A stretch of 64,000 nucleotides of DNA from an uncultured Gemmatimonadales bacterium (GCA_963701965.1 OY969695.1:1440001-1504000), one strand, 5' to 3'; shown: positions 1 to 16,900, numbered from the stretch's first letter. The notes: generated by a model not told the origin, from the sequence alone. Numbers and translations: made by a program.

Positions 1-1337
1 CTGTGGACGCGGAACGTCGGGTCCTCTTCCGAGAGCTTCGCCAACGCGATCGCCAGCTTGTCCTGGTCGGCCTTGGTCTTGGGCTCGATCGCGACGTCGA
101 TCACGGGGGCCGGGAACTTCATGGCCTCCAGAATGATCGGATGGTCCTCGTCGCATAGCGTGTCGCCCGTGCGCGTGTCCCGGAGTCCGATCGCGGCCGC
201 GATGTCGCCCGCGCGCACTTCCTCGATCTCGTCGCGCTTGTTGGCGTGCATCTGCAGCAACCGGCCGACGCGCTCGCGCTTGTCCTTCACCGGGTTGTAC
301 ACGTAGGAGCCCGACGACAACACGCCCGAGTACACGCGGAAGAACGTCAGCTTCCCGACGAACGGATCGGTGGCGATCTTGAACGCCAGACCGGCGAACG
401 GCGCGGCGTCCTCGACATGCCGCGTGTCGACCTGGTCATCGTGCTGCGGCACGTGGCCCTTGATCGCGCCGACGTCGACGGGCGTCGGGAGATAGTCGAT
501 CACGGCGTCGAGCAGCGCCTGCACGCCTTTGTTCTTGAACGCGGCGCCGCACAACACGGGAACGATGAAGCTGCCCACGGTCGCCTTGCGGATCGCGTGC
601 TGAATCTCCTCGAGCGTCAGCTCGGCGCCACCCAGGTACTTCTCCAGCAGCGTCTCATCGTGCTCCACCGCGGCCTCGATGACCTCGTGCCGCGCCTGCT
701 CCATGCGCTCGACGTAGGCCTCGGGCACGGGACACTCCTCGAACTTCTTGCCGAGCGTCTCGTCATCGAACACGATCTGCACGCGCCGCAGCACGTCGAT
801 GTGGCCGGTGAAGAGCTCGCCCGAGCCCACGGGCAACTGCAGCGGATACGCGTTCTTGGTCAGGCGGTCGCGGATCATGCGCAGACAGCGATCGAAGTCG
901 GCGCCGACGCGATCCATCTTGTTGGCGAAGATGATGCGCGGGACGCCGTACCGGTCGGCCTGCCGCCACACGGTCTCCGTCTGCGGCTCGACGCCGGCCA
1001 CGGAGTCGAGCAACGTCACCGCGCCGTCCAGCACGCGCAACGAGCGCTCGACCTCGACCGTGAAGTCGACGTGGCCGGGCGTGTCGATGATGTTGATGCG
1101 ATGCTCGATGCCGTTCCGCGTCCAGAAGCACGTGGTCGCGGCGGACGTAATCGTGATGCCGCGCTCCTGCTCCTGTTCCATCCAGTCCATGACCGCGGTC
1201 CCTTCATGGACCTCGCCGATCTTATAGGACCGTCCGGTATAGTACAGAATGCGCTCGGTCGTCGTCGTCTTCCCGGCATCGATGTGCGCCATGATGCCGA
1301 TATTCCGATAGTGCTCGAGCGGTGTCGTGCGCGCCAT
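1..1337 (-). CDS. fusA: Elongation factor G (3' part runs off the window start)
   Basis: Translated by hand from ATG 1337: [35 protein letters not shown]...DTPGHVDF...NKMD. Follows rpsL-rpsG. Confidence 0.98.
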   Translation of the reverse strand, partial: MARTTPLEHYRNIGIMAHIDAGKTTTTERILYYTGRSYKIGEVHEGTAVMDWMEQEQERGITITSAATTCFWTRNGIEHRINIIDTPGHVDFTVEVERSLRVLDGAVTLLDSVAGVEPQTETVWRQADRYGVPRIIFANKMDRVGADFDRCLRMIRDRLTKNAYPLQLPVGSGELFTGHIDVLRRVQIVFDDETLGKKFEECPVPEAYVERMEQARHEVIEAAVEHDETLLEKYLGGAELTLEEIQHAIRKATVGSFIVPVLCGAAFKNKGVQALLDAVIDYLPTPVDVGAIKGHVPQHDDQVDTRHVEDAAPFAGLAFKIATDPFVGKLTFFRVYSGVLSSGSYVYNPVKDKRERVGRLLQMHANKRDEIEEVRAGDIAAAIGLRDTRTGDTLCDEDHPIILEAMKFPAPVIDVAIEPKTKADQDKLAIALAKLSEEDPTFRVH

Positions 1338-1370
1338 GTGTCAGATCCGTCCGCAAATTCCCAATTGAGT

Positions 1371-1551
1371 CAGCAAAAACGCGGGTGGACCGTGGCGCCC
1401 CGATACGTCGGGACCGGTATCCATCCGCTCTCGCCGGGTGCGTTCGCCACTGGTGCGCGAACGGGGACCCACGGCGCGCCGGCCGAGCTCGCTAGGTTTC
1501 CCTACGCCGTCCTAGCATTGCCCGTTCACCGACGTTGAATTTTGCTGTAGC
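1371..1551 (-). ncRNA. Candidate structured cis-regulatory leader upstream of fusA
   Basis: Several hairpins, a closing helix CAGCAAAA/UUUUGCUG, and a terminator-like stem followed by UUUUU. Lies directly downstream of a promoter. Confidence 0.5.
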
Positions 1552-1557
1552 CTTACA

Positions 1558-1585
1558 AACTTAGACGACTATTGGACTTAGTCAA
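1558..1585 (-). promoter_or_regulatory. sigma70-type promoter between rpsG and fusA
   Basis: TTGACT (1585-1580), 16-bp spacer, TAAGTT (1563-1558), in an AT-rich patch. Confidence 0.65.
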
Positions 1586-1591
1586 GCTGCC

Positions 1592-2062
1592 CTACCACCG
1601 GTAATGGGCGAAAGCCTTATTGGCCTCGGCCATCCGGTGCGTGTCTTCCTTCTTCTTGACCGCGTTGCCCTCGCCCTTGGCCGCCGCGATCACTTCCGCG
1701 GCCAGCTTCTCGGGCATGGACTTCTCGCTCCGATCCCGGGAGTACAAGATCAGCCACCGCATGGCCAGCGCCGTCCGCCGATCAGGACGCACCTCGACCG
1801 GCACCTGGTAGGTCGCGCCGCCCACCCGGCGGCTCTTGACCTCGACCACGGGCTTCAAGTTCGAGAGCGCCTGCTTGAAGACGTTCACCCCGGGCTGGTT
1901 CGTCCGCGACTCCACGAGGTCCATCGCCCCGTAAAAGATCCGCTCGGCGACCGACTTCTTCCCCTGCAGCATCATCGCGTTGATGAACTTCGACACGGTC
2001 TGGCTATCGTACCGCGCGTCCGGCAAAATCGGACGCTTGATCGACTTCTTCCGGCGGCTCAC
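1592..2062 (-). CDS. rpsG: 30S ribosomal protein S7
   Basis: [19 protein letters not shown] and [15 protein letters not shown] motifs. Confidence 0.99.
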   Translation of the reverse strand: MSRRKKSIKRPILPDARYDSQTVSKFINAMMLQGKKSVAERIFYGAMDLVESRTNQPGVNVFKQALSNLKPVVEVKSRRVGGATYQVPVEVRPDRRTALAMRWLILYSRDRSEKSMPEKLAAEVIAAAKGEGNAVKKKEDTHRMAEANKAFAHYRW

Positions 2063-2472
2063 TTCTTCTTCCCTCCGGCGGCGGCCCCAGCGGAGCCCGC
2101 GGCCTTCGGCTTCTTCGTCCCGTACTTCGAGCGGCTCTGGTTACGGCCATTGACGCCGGACGCATCCAAACTGCCGCGCACAATGTGATAGCGGACGCCC
2201 GGCAGATCTTTCACACGACCGCCGCGAATCAGCACGATCGAGTGCTCCTGCAGATTGTGCCCCTCGCCGGGAATGTACGCGGTCACCTCGAACCCGTTCG
2301 TGAGCCGCACGCGCGCGACTTTCCGCAGCGCAGAATTCGGCTTCTTGGGCGTCGTGGTGTACACGCGCGTGCAGACGCCCCGCTTCTGCGGATTCGACTT
2401 GAGCGCGGGCGCCTTCTCCTTCTTGAGCACATCACTCCGGCTCTGCCGGACTAGCTGATTAATCGTCGGCAT
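2059..2472 (-). CDS. rpsL: 30S ribosomal protein S12
   Basis: MPTINQLVR...[10 protein letters not shown]...[10 protein letters not shown], with a short Ala/Gly/Lys C-terminal tail. Confidence 0.99.
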   Translation of the reverse strand: MPTINQLVRQSRSDVLKKEKAPALKSNPQKRGVCTRVYTTTPKKPNSALRKVARVRLTNGFEVTAYIPGEGHNLQEHSIVLIRGGRVKDLPGVRYHIVRGSLDASGVNGRNQSRSKYGTKKPKAAGSAGAAAGGKKK

Positions 2473-2519
2473 TCTCTAGGTGTGCGACTAAAATGTACAG
2501 AACGAGGAACTTATAGCCC

Positions 2520-3755
2520 TTATGGCGCTCCGCGCAACCGGCGCGAAGCCCACTCGGCGAGGAGAGCACCGCACGCGATGCCAAACCAAATCCACGGCGG
2601 CACCGTGCGACCCGCCACCATGCTCCCGCCCGCCGGACCGAGCCGCGCAATGGTCGCGGCCAGGGGAGCGGGATCCGCCGGCGGCGCCGGCCGCGTGGTG
2701 GCCGGCGCATAGGCCACGCTGGCCACCAACCCCGCCCACCAGTCCCGATGGCTCGACACGCCGGTCGCGCTGTCCAATCGGAGCCGCCACGTATCGTCAT
2801 AGCCGACCTGCACGATGCGGCCGGCCGAGACGACGACCGGGTCCGGTCCGCGGCGCGCCAGGGACGGGTGCGACGACACGAGCGCGAAGTAGGAGATCGG
2901 GCGGACATTGTGCCACGCGCCCAGCCGCGCCGGCGCGATATCCCCGAGCACCCGGGCCGCCGAGCCGGCGATGACAACCCCGCCGCCGGAGCGCGCGTAA
3001 CGCGCGACGGACGCCGCGGCGCCGCGGGCGCCACTATCCAACGCGAGCACAGCGGCGTAGTGGGCGGTGTCGATCACCAGTGGCGCGCCCTGGCTGCCCT
3101 GGTCATGACCCGGCGCCAGCGCCAGACGCTCGTCCACTTTCCACCCGCGCTCCTCGAGCGCGCGCACGACGAACTTGGTCTCCCAGCCGACGGAGCCGAG
3201 GACGAGCAAGGGACGCAACAGGAGGGAGTCGGTGACGGACGCCCGCGCCGTCGCCAGACCGCCGCGCGCATCGCCGCGCGCCGCGGCATCGATCGTCCGG
3301 ACCGGCGCCGGCACCACGAACGTCATGCCGCCACCCGCCGCCTCCGCCGTGTCGATCGTGCCCAGGCGATCGGCGAGCGTCACCGAAGTCCCGCGCGGTG
3401 CGGCCACGGCGACGCGGGTCATGCCCGCGGGATCGGCCAACGGTTCGGCGACGATCGCCGTGGCCGGCGGCGGGGGCCCCTGCCATCCCCAGGTCACGGG
3501 CAGTCCGCCGCGGCGTACCGCGCGCAGCCAATCGCGGTCGGACGCCGAGGGCGCGTCGCGCATCGCGACGTACGCGGCGGTGGCGTCGTCGCCGCCGGTC
3601 GTCCAGCTGATGAGCGCGGCGCCCAATCGCGCTGGCGTGGTCCGCGCGGTGGCGCCGCCGCCGGCGAGGGCGCGCACGATGGACCACGCCAGCGCGCCGA
3701 TGGCCACGGCGCGCGCGAGCCACTCCACCGGCGCCCGGTCAGCGGGTGAGCGCAT
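2520..3755 (-). CDS. Hypothetical membrane-anchored protein, last gene of the MoxR operon
   Basis: 411 aa with N- and C-terminal hydrophobic segments, ending LLAEWASRRLRG (typical of vWA-cluster membrane proteins). Overlaps the DUF4159 stop. Confidence 0.7.
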   Translation of the reverse strand: MRSPADRAPVEWLARAVAIGALAWSIVRALAGGGATARTTPARLGAALISWTTGGDDATAAYVAMRDAPSASDRDWLRAVRRGGLPVTWGWQGPPPPATAIVAEPLADPAGMTRVAVAAPRGTSVTLADRLGTIDTAEAAGGGMTFVVPAPVRTIDAAARGDARGGLATARASVTDSLLLRPLLVLGSVGWETKFVVRALEERGWKVDERLALAPGHDQGSQGAPLVIDTAHYAAVLALDSGARGAAASVARYARSGGGVVIAGSAARVLGDIAPARLGAWHNVRPISYFALVSSHPSLARRGPDPVVVSAGRIVQVGYDDTWRLRLDSATGVSSHRDWWAGLVASVAYAPATTRPAPPADPAPLAATIARLGPAGGSMVAGRTVPPWIWFGIACGALLAEWASRRLRGAP

Positions 3756-4353
3756 ACACGATGATGTTCACGCCGAACCGCGTATCGTCGACCGAGCGCA
3801 AGCGCTTGCTGTCGGGATGGTAGCCCCACTCGGAGCTATAGTCTTTGCTGCTGTACAGCACCCGGATGCGATCGCCCGGACCGAGCACCGCCTGAAGGCG
3901 CGGGTGCACGAGATTGTCGCCCCAGCCGTTGAGCTCCTGGGTCGTGGTCGGCGGGCCGTTGTCGAACACGAAGAACGCGCGATAGAGATCGTGAGTGTTG
4001 GGCAGATCCACCAGCGGTCCGCACGACTTGGTGATCTCTTCCGTGGCCGTCTTGTGAAAGATCCCGCCAACGTCGTGGTTATGGTCGTCGACGAACAGCA
4101 TCCCGCCGCGGCGCGTGAACTCCCGCACGTGTTGTCGCTCGGTGTTCGTGAACCGGAATGGGAGGTGCCCGGTCAGGTAGACGAGGGGATAGTCGTACAG
4201 CGCGTCCGACCCCAGCGACACGGTCGCCCCGCTCGGCGCCACGTCGATCGATGTGTAGCGGGCGACCGAATCGATCAGGTTCGCGGGCACGAGCGGCGCC
4301 GCGTCCCAGTCGCCGGACTCGTACCGGCCCGTCGCGAAAACGAACGCGCTCAC
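3739..4353 (-). CDS. DUF4159 domain protein
   Basis: Motifs YESGDWD, YPLVYLTGH, GGMLFVDD, RFGVNIIVYALT. Confidence 0.85.
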   Translation of the reverse strand: MSAFVFATGRYESGDWDAAPLVPANLIDSVARYTSIDVAPSGATVSLGSDALYDYPLVYLTGHLPFRFTNTERQHVREFTRRGGMLFVDDHNHDVGGIFHKTATEEITKSCGPLVDLPNTHDLYRAFFVFDNGPPTTTQELNGWGDNLVHPRLQAVLGPGDRIRVLYSSKDYSSEWGYHPDSKRLRSVDDTRFGVNIIVYALTR

Positions 4354-6374
4354 GGCGGGCCGGCAATGACGGGGATGATAGCCGCCGGACCAAGCCCCTG
4401 GCGCGCCCGCGGCGGCGGAGCGGCCGCGGCGCGCACCCGCTCCAGCGCGGGACGCACGTCCCGACCGGCGCGCAGCGCGCCCGCCGCGTCACCGAGCGCG
4501 GTGGCCAGCGCCGGATCCACGGGCATCGCCGTGACCTGCAAGAGCGACAGCGTGTCGGCGAGCGCCTGTGGCGACTGGGTGACGAGATCGACGAGCGCGG
4601 ACAAACGGGCGACCGTGAGGGCGCGGACCGAGTCGCGCGCCAGCGACCCGCGGGGCGCGGGTGCCGCGCTATCCGTCGGCCCCCCCGCGGCACCCTTGCC
4701 GCGAACCCGTCCAATATCGACCACGATCTTGGGCGACCCGCCGCGCACGTAGAGCCGGTTCATGACGCGGGCGGAGTCGAGGATCGCGAGCGCCAGTCGC
4801 GCGCTCGGCAGCGCGGTATCGGGGAGCGCGACGCCCAACGACCGCGCGGCGTCGGTCATGGCCTGGAGCGCCCGCTGCATGAGCGCACGCTCCCGATTGG
4901 CGCCGACGCTGCCGGCGCCGCCTTTGCTGGCATCGACGTCCTCGCGCTCTCCCGGTTCGCCGCCCGAGTCGGCGCCGGCCGGGGCGGCGTTCAGGATGTC
5001 GTCGACTTCCTGCGCCAACCGTGACTCTTCGCCGGCCAGTCGGCTGGATTGGGCAACGTACCGCGCGCGCGGCGGTCGCGGTCGGCGGGTCACGAGCGAC
5101 TCGACCGCCATCACGAGCATGCGCTGACTCATGAACGCTTTCTCGGTGACGGGCGGCGGCGCGGCGTCGAGCGCGAGCGAGTCGTACTCCTCGGGCCTCG
5201 CGATGCGCAACGTGCGCGTCTCCGATGTCCCGACCCCCGGCCCCGACACGGTGTTGCCGTCGCGCGCCACGGCGCGCACCGAGAGTTGGCTACCAGGCGT
5301 CAGCCCGAGGGGGCCGAGTGGGAGCGTCGCGTGAAACGACGAGGAGCGCCGCGCGCCGAAGGACACGCGCCCCGTGGTGCCCGTGATGCCGGTGAAGCTG
5401 CCTTCGGCCTGCCCCTTGGAGACGATGTACTCGAAGTACCCATTGGCCAAAGCGATATCGTCGATGGCCTCGGCATCCAGCTCGATCGCCGCGGGCGGCG
5501 TCCGATACGTCGCGTCCGTCCGCGGTTCGGTGAGCACAACGGCTGGCGGATCGTCGAGTCGCGGCGCCAGGACGATGACGCGACGCCGCTCGCCGTCGGT
5601 CAGCACGAGCGCCGTGGCCTGGGCCGGCATTGGAAGCCCGGTCTCCCAACCATTGCCGGCCGGTCGCACCACCAAGGTGGCCGACGTCGCCGCCCCAAGC
5701 CCGTCCGGCGAGCCGCGGCCGCGGATGGTGATCGCGCTGCCGACGAGGGCGGCGATCGTCGACGGATCGGACAGGTCGGTCGCCGATTGCCCCGCATAGG
5801 CCGGCGGCACGACGTGGACGCGCAACGCCGCCAGGCGGCTGCCGGTGATCGGCGGCCCCACCAGTGGCCGCTCGGCGACCGCGGGCGCGCCGGCGCGAAC
5901 CGCGTGCAGCGGCATCACGCGCTGCAGGATGACCGCGACGACGATCATGATGAGCGCCGACCGACCATAGGCGACGACTGCGGCCCACAGCGCCACGCGC
6001 GGCAGATCGATCTCGCGCACGGTCCGCTCCAACGGGCCGCGCGTCGCGACGGGCCCAGGATCGATCGCGGTGACGAGCGCGTACTGGAGCTCGGGGGTGT
6101 GTTCCTCGACCCACAACGCGACGCGCTCCAAGACCCACGCGTGCCGGATCCGCCACAGGCGGAACCCGATCGCCATCACGCCGGCCACGGCCGCCAGCAT
6201 GCGCACCGCCGCAAAAAAGGTGTCGGAGAGCTTGGCGGCGTGGCCGATGGCGCCGCCCGCATCCAGCACGACACCGGCGGCGACGAGGCCCCACACGATC
6301 GTATTGATGATGCCGGCGCCGATGAGGATCTCGCGCACGCGGCGCGTCTCGGAGCGCGCCGTGGTGCGGGACAT
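4350..6374 (-). CDS. DUF4175-like membrane protein
   Basis: 674 aa. N-terminal TM helices, VVPPAY motif, Ig-like region (DDPPAV...AIDDIAL...ARDGN), helical C-terminus with SQRML. Confidence 0.7.
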   Translation of the reverse strand: MSRTTARSETRRVREILIGAGIINTIVWGLVAAGVVLDAGGAIGHAAKLSDTFFAAVRMLAAVAGVMAIGFRLWRIRHAWVLERVALWVEEHTPELQYALVTAIDPGPVATRGPLERTVREIDLPRVALWAAVVAYGRSALIMIVVAVILQRVMPLHAVRAGAPAVAERPLVGPPITGSRLAALRVHVVPPAYAGQSATDLSDPSTIAALVGSAITIRGRGSPDGLGAATSATLVVRPAGNGWETGLPMPAQATALVLTDGERRRVIVLAPRLDDPPAVVLTEPRTDATYRTPPAAIELDAEAIDDIALANGYFEYIVSKGQAEGSFTGITGTTGRVSFGARRSSSFHATLPLGPLGLTPGSQLSVRAVARDGNTVSGPGVGTSETRTLRIARPEEYDSLALDAAPPPVTEKAFMSQRMLVMAVESLVTRRPRPPRARYVAQSSRLAGEESRLAQEVDDILNAAPAGADSGGEPGEREDVDASKGGAGSVGANRERALMQRALQAMTDAARSLGVALPDTALPSARLALAILDSARVMNRLYVRGGSPKIVVDIGRVRGKGAAGGPTDSAAPAPRGSLARDSVRALTVARLSALVDLVTQSPQALADTLSLLQVTAMPVDPALATALGDAAGALRAGRDVRPALERVRAAAAPPPRARQGLGPAAIIPVIAGPP

Positions 6375-6419
6375 TCTTGATCAGCGTGTCCGAGCGGCGC
6401 GGAGTCGGTCGCATGATGG

Positions 6420-7556
6420 TCACGCGCGCCGCCGGACGAGCGGCTCGGCCAGCGCGGCGATGAGCGCGAGCGCGAGCAACGTCACGACGACGTTGCGATT
6501 CCCCCGGCCTGCGCGGGCCGCGCCAGCGACGATAGCTGCGTGCTTGGACCCCGTGCCGCCGAAGGCGCGCACGGCGGAGTCGCTCAACGGAACGGCGCCT
6601 CCGGTGCCGCACGGCGACGTGATGGCGCTCAATAATCGCGGGGGCGGATCGGTCGTGCCGATGGCGACGTCGCGCACGGTACCGGCGCCGAGCGGACGCT
6701 CGACGACGGCGGGCTCGCCGTCGACCCAGCGGGCGATCGGGTGGCCATCGGACAGGCGCCGCAAGCGGACAAACGGCGCGATGACGACACCGCAGCTGGT
6801 CGCCACGGCGCCCACGGTATCGTAGCGGACACCGCTGTCGGGGCGCGGCCAGACAATCAGCGCATGGCGTCCGCCGCGCGCCCAGGCGCTATCGGCCGCC
6901 GTTGGCACGCCGGCCACCACGCGCACTAGGTCGAATGACGCGGTGACCGAAGCGGGCGCGATCCGGACGGCACGAATGGCGGCCCGCCATTGCGACCGGA
7001 TGGCGATGGTCGCGGCGTCGACTTCGGCGGATGTGAAGGGCGAGACAACAACCAACTCGATGGAGTCCGCGCCCGCCGCGGCGCGCGACGCGGCGCGCAG
7101 GGCGGCGACCAGGCCCGCCGACAGCGAGCCCGGGGCGTTGGAGCGCGGGGGCAAGGGCGCGTCGGCGACCGCCGGCGCCGCGATGGTGTCGAACGGAACG
7201 ACGATGGCGCCGTTCGCGATGTAGCGCGCGGCACTGTCCGCGGCCTCGCCCATGGAGGCGACGGCCGCCGAGTGATCGACGGCGACAATCCGCGTGAGCG
7301 CCACGCGCCGGGCGCGCAGCGTCGGACGCGCGAACGCCGCGCCGGCGAGCAGAATCGTCAGGATACGGAGCGCGAGGAGAACGCGATCGACCGGGAGGCG
7401 GGTCAGGCGGCGCACGGTGGTCGTGCCGGCCGGTACGAAACGGGCCGTGGGCAGCGGCACGGCGGGCGGCGCGCGCAGGACCAGCAGGTGCAGTGCCGCG
7501 ATCGCCGCCGCGACCGCGAGGGCCGCCGCCAGGTATCCGGGTGCCGCGAAAGTCAT
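6420..7556 (-). CDS. BatA N-terminal domain membrane protein
   Basis: MTFAAPGYL...LHLL...LLALRILTILLAGAAFARP double-TM BatA signature, degenerate vWA motif, C-terminal TM. Confidence 0.8.
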   Translation of the reverse strand: MTFAAPGYLAAALAVAAAIAALHLLVLRAPPAVPLPTARFVPAGTTTVRRLTRLPVDRVLLALRILTILLAGAAFARPTLRARRVALTRIVAVDHSAAVASMGEAADSAARYIANGAIVVPFDTIAAPAVADAPLPPRSNAPGSLSAGLVAALRAASRAAAGADSIELVVVSPFTSAEVDAATIAIRSQWRAAIRAVRIAPASVTASFDLVRVVAGVPTAADSAWARGGRHALIVWPRPDSGVRYDTVGAVATSCGVVIAPFVRLRRLSDGHPIARWVDGEPAVVERPLGAGTVRDVAIGTTDPPPRLLSAITSPCGTGGAVPLSDSAVRAFGGTGSKHAAIVAGAARAGRGNRNVVVTLLALALIAALAEPLVRRRA

Positions 7557-7571
7557 CGGGAGCTTAGAACA

Positions 7572-8620
7572 TCACGACGGTGAGGCGACGATCCGACGCA
7601 CCGCGTGGTCCGGGGCCTCGTCCGTGGCGCTCAGAATGTACGTCGCGCCCGCGGCGCGCCAGTCGCGGGCCACGGTCGCGCGCCAGTCGGCGAAGGCCTG
7701 GATGTATGCGTGGCGCGCCGTGCCGATCAGCGGGCGTCGGAGCGACGGATCCTCGGGATCCTCGACCGACACATTGCGCACCGACGGGTCGAGCTCTTCG
7801 GGGGACACCACGTGAATCGCGTAGACCTCGCCGCCGGCCCCGCCGAGGACGCGCGCGGCAGCCAGGACGGCGGTCGCGTCGGCGGCATTGGTGAGGAAAT
7901 CGGAGACCAGGACCACGCGCGCGCCGCGTGCGACGGCGGCGGCCGCCGAGAATAATCGCGCGAGCGAGGCCGGGCCGGCCGAGGCATTGCTCCCCAGCGC
8001 GCTCGCGATATCGCCGACCACGCCGCTGCGCGTGCGTGGCGGCAACGTAAGAATTGCGCGGCCGTTCGCGGGCGCTTGCGCGCCACGCGAATCGAGCGCT
8101 CCCGGCCCCCGCCCACGACGCGAGTCGCGGTCGTTCCCACTGGCCAAACCGAGTCCGCGTTTCCAAGCGAGCGCGCCCGGTCCCGTGCCACGGCCATCAC
8201 GCTCGCCTTTGTCTCCGGTACCGAGCGCCGCAGGCGCGAGGCACAACCCAACCGGGTCCCCAGCGGCGTGGGCGATCGACGCCAGCGCGAGCGTGAGCCG
8301 CCGCGCATGGTGCCGCTTGCCGAGCGTCTCAACGGGAAACGCCATGGACGGCGATGTGTCGACGGCAAAGACCGTGGGCAACAGCGCGTGATCGTCACTG
8401 AGCCGGATGAACGCCCGATCGCTTCGGGCCAGGAGCTTCCAATCGAGTCGCCGGGGATCGTCGCCTTGCGAATACGGCCGGTACTCGGTGAACTCGGCGG
8501 CCGCCCCGCGGCGGCGCGACCGGTGCACGCCGTGCGCGCCGGCGGAGACGAGCTGGCGGGCCGGCCACCGCACCCCGCGCACGGCGTCGAGGAGCGACGC
8601 GTCCTCGGGGGTGGTGCCGT

Positions 8621-8624
<4 letters not shown>
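7572..8624 (-). CDS. DUF58 / vWA domain protein
   Basis: EFTEYRPYSQGDDPRRLDWK, DTSPSM (MIDAS-like), VLVSDF. Adjacent to MoxR. Confidence 0.92.
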
Positions 8625-9634
<1,010 letters not shown>

Positions 9635-9639
9635 GGTTG

Positions 9640-9679
9640 AAAAATCCCTACCCCCACCCGGAACGGGTAGGGGTAGGGA
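9640..9679 (-). terminator. Intrinsic terminator after rpoC
   Basis: Minus-strand hairpin TCCCTACCCCTACCCG-TTC-CGGGTGGGGGTAGGGA followed by TTTTT. Confidence 0.8.
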
Positions 9680-9700
9680 GATAGAGAAGTGTTAAACCGC

Positions 9701-13995
<4,295 letters not shown>

Positions 13996-13999
<4 letters not shown>

Positions 14000-16900
14000 G
14001 AGTTTCCCTCACTCCCGTTGCCGTTGCCTGACCCGTTCGACCCATTGGCTGGTGCTCCGCCATTCCCGCCGCCGTACCCGTCGGCGGTCGCCCCGAGGGT
14101 GACCTTGATGCCGAGGGCTTGCAGCTCCTTCACCAGCACGTTGAAGGACTCGGGAATGCCGGGCTCGGGAAGATTCTGGCCTTTGACGATCGCCTCGTAG
14201 ACGCGGCTGCGTCCGTTGACGTCGTCGGACTTCACGGTCAGGATCTCCTGGAGCGTATGCGCCGCGCCGTACGCTTCGAGCGCCCACACTTCCATCTCCC
14301 CGAACCGCTGCCCGCCGAACTGCGCTTTCCCGGCGAGCGGCTGCTGGGTGACCAACGAGTAGGGCCCGATGCTGCGGGCGTGGATCTTGTCGTCCACCAG
14401 GTGCGACAACTTCAGCATGTAAATTTCACCGACCGTGACCGGGCTGGCGAAAGTCTCGCCCGTCCGCCCGTCGCGCAGGCGGACCTTCCCGCCCGGCGTG
14501 ATCCCGGCCAACCGCAACAACTCCAACACCGCCTGATCGACGTCCGCGTCGCTCTTCTTGCGGAGAATCGTCGCCAGCACGGGCAGCTCCTCGGCCGCCA
14601 ACGTGTCGGCCGGGTCGCGCGCCTCGAGCTTTTCGAGATCGGGCACGACATCCCGATACTGCCCGCGCGCCCGATCGCTCTCGGCGGCATCTTCAATGCC
14701 CGCGCGGTGGAACGCGAGTTGATGTCCCATCTCCTGCTTCTCGCGCTCCGCCAACTCCCGGGCCGCGGCGGCGCAGAAATCGCGCACCCGCGTGTACACC
14801 TCTTTCGTCGCGCCCGTTCGTCCGCGGGACCCGAGATCGTTCAACGTCGCGTCGGCGAGCAGCTCCACGCGCTCACCGCCGTCCGTGGACGAGGGCTTGA
14901 GATCCTCGAGGATCGCCTTGATATCCGCGTCGCTGATCTCCGGTGACTTGGTGACCAGTTGCAGCGCCTCGCGGGCCCACTTGAGCGCGGCGAGCTTGAG
15001 CAGCAAGCCGATCTCGCGCTCGTTGGCGCCCTGGAAGACGGGCGTCTTGGCGTAGAAACCCAACAGCCGCGCCGCCCAGCCCAGGTGCGTCTCCAGAATC
15101 TGGCCGACGTTCATACGGCTCGGGACACCGAGGGGGTTGAGCACGATGTCGACGGGACGGCCTTCGGGGAGGAACGGCATATCCTCCTCGGGGACGATCC
15201 GTGCGACAATGCCCTTGTTCCCGTGGCGACCCGCCATCTTGTCGCCGACCGAGATCTTGCGCTTCTCGGCCAGATAAACCTTCACGAGCTGGATCACCCC
15301 GGGCGGCAGCTCATCGGGCTGCAGAATCCGGTCGATCCGCTCTTCGGCCTTCTCTTCGATTTTCGCCTTCTCGTCGTTCGCCGCGTCGATGACCGTGCGC
15401 GCGCGCTCGTTCACCGCCTTGCTCTCGACCCGGAACGTCTTGAGGTCGAGGGTCGCGATCTTGAAGCCGTGCAGGAACTCGCGGTCGAGCTTCGTCCCCT
15501 GGGGGATCGCCTCTTCGACCGTTCCTGCTTTGAGGGCCAGCGCCACTTTCTGCCCGTCGAGCAACTCAACCAGCTCGGCGTCGCGCGCTTCGTTTACCCG
15601 GATCTTCTCTTCTCCTTCCAGCCGGCGCACTTCGCCGATTCTCTCACCGCGGTCCTTCTCGACCACTTGGTCTTCGATTCGCGAGAAGATCTTGACGTCG
15701 ATGACCACGCCTTCCATGCCGGGCGGCACTTTGAGCGACGAATCCTTGACGTCTTTGGCCTTTTCGCCGAAGATCGCGGTCAGGAGCTTCTCTTCGGGCG
15801 ACAGCTCGGTCTCGCCCTTCGGCGTGATCTTGCCGACGAGAATGTCGCCCGGCTTGACGTGGGCGCCGATGCGGACGATACCGCGCTCGTCGAGGTCGAC
15901 CAGCGACTCCTCGGCGACGTTCGGAATCTCCCGCGTGATCTCTTCCTGGCCGCGCTTGGTGTCGCGGACGTGCAGCTCGAGCTCCTGGATGTGGATCGAC
16001 GAGTACACGTCGTCTTTCACCAGACGCTCCGAGAGAATAATCGCGTCCTCGAAGTTGTGACCGTACCACGGCATGAACGCCACGGTGACGTTGGCGCCGA
16101 GGGCCAGCTGCCCCATCTCCCGTGCCCGCGCCATCGGCCAGCACATCGCCGACCTGCACGCGCTGACCGGCGTGCACCAACGGCCGCTGGTTGATGGCGG
16201 TGTCTTGATTCGTGCGCCAGTACTTCTTGAGCCGGTACCGGTCGCTCTGATTGAGGCGGGCCAACGGCGAGCCGGCGGCCGCGCTGGCGCGCGCCGCGGC
16301 GGCGCCTTCGGCCTGACCGGCGTCGACGATGATCTCATCGGCCGTCACGCGGGTCACGAGACCCGGGCGGCGGGCGACGACGACGGCACCGGAATCGATC
16401 GCGACCTTCTCTTCGAGCCCGGTTCCGACCAGCGGCGTCCGGGGATTCAGCAACGGCACGCTCTGCCGCTGCATGTTGGATCCCATGAGCGCGCGGTTGG
16501 CGTCGTCATGTTCGAGAAAGGGGATGAGGGCGGCCGCAATAGACACCAGCTGCTCCGGCGCCACATCCATGTAATCGATGCGGTCGGGCGGGGTCAGCGG
16601 CGCGTCACCTTGATGCCGGCACAGCACCAACTCATCGAGGAACGTGCCATCGGGATTGAGCTTGGTGTTGGCCTGCGCGATCGTCGCGTCCTCCTCGCGG
16701 TTGGCATCGAGCCACGCCAGCTCGCCCGTGACCTTTCCGTGCTTCACGATGCGATACGGCGTCTCGATGAACCCGAGGTCGTTCACCTGCGCGTAGCAGG
16801 CGAGCGACGTGATCAACCCAATGTTCGGACCTTCCGGCGTCTCGATCGGGCACATACGCCCATACTGGGAGTAGTGCACGTCGCGCACCTCGAACCCGGC

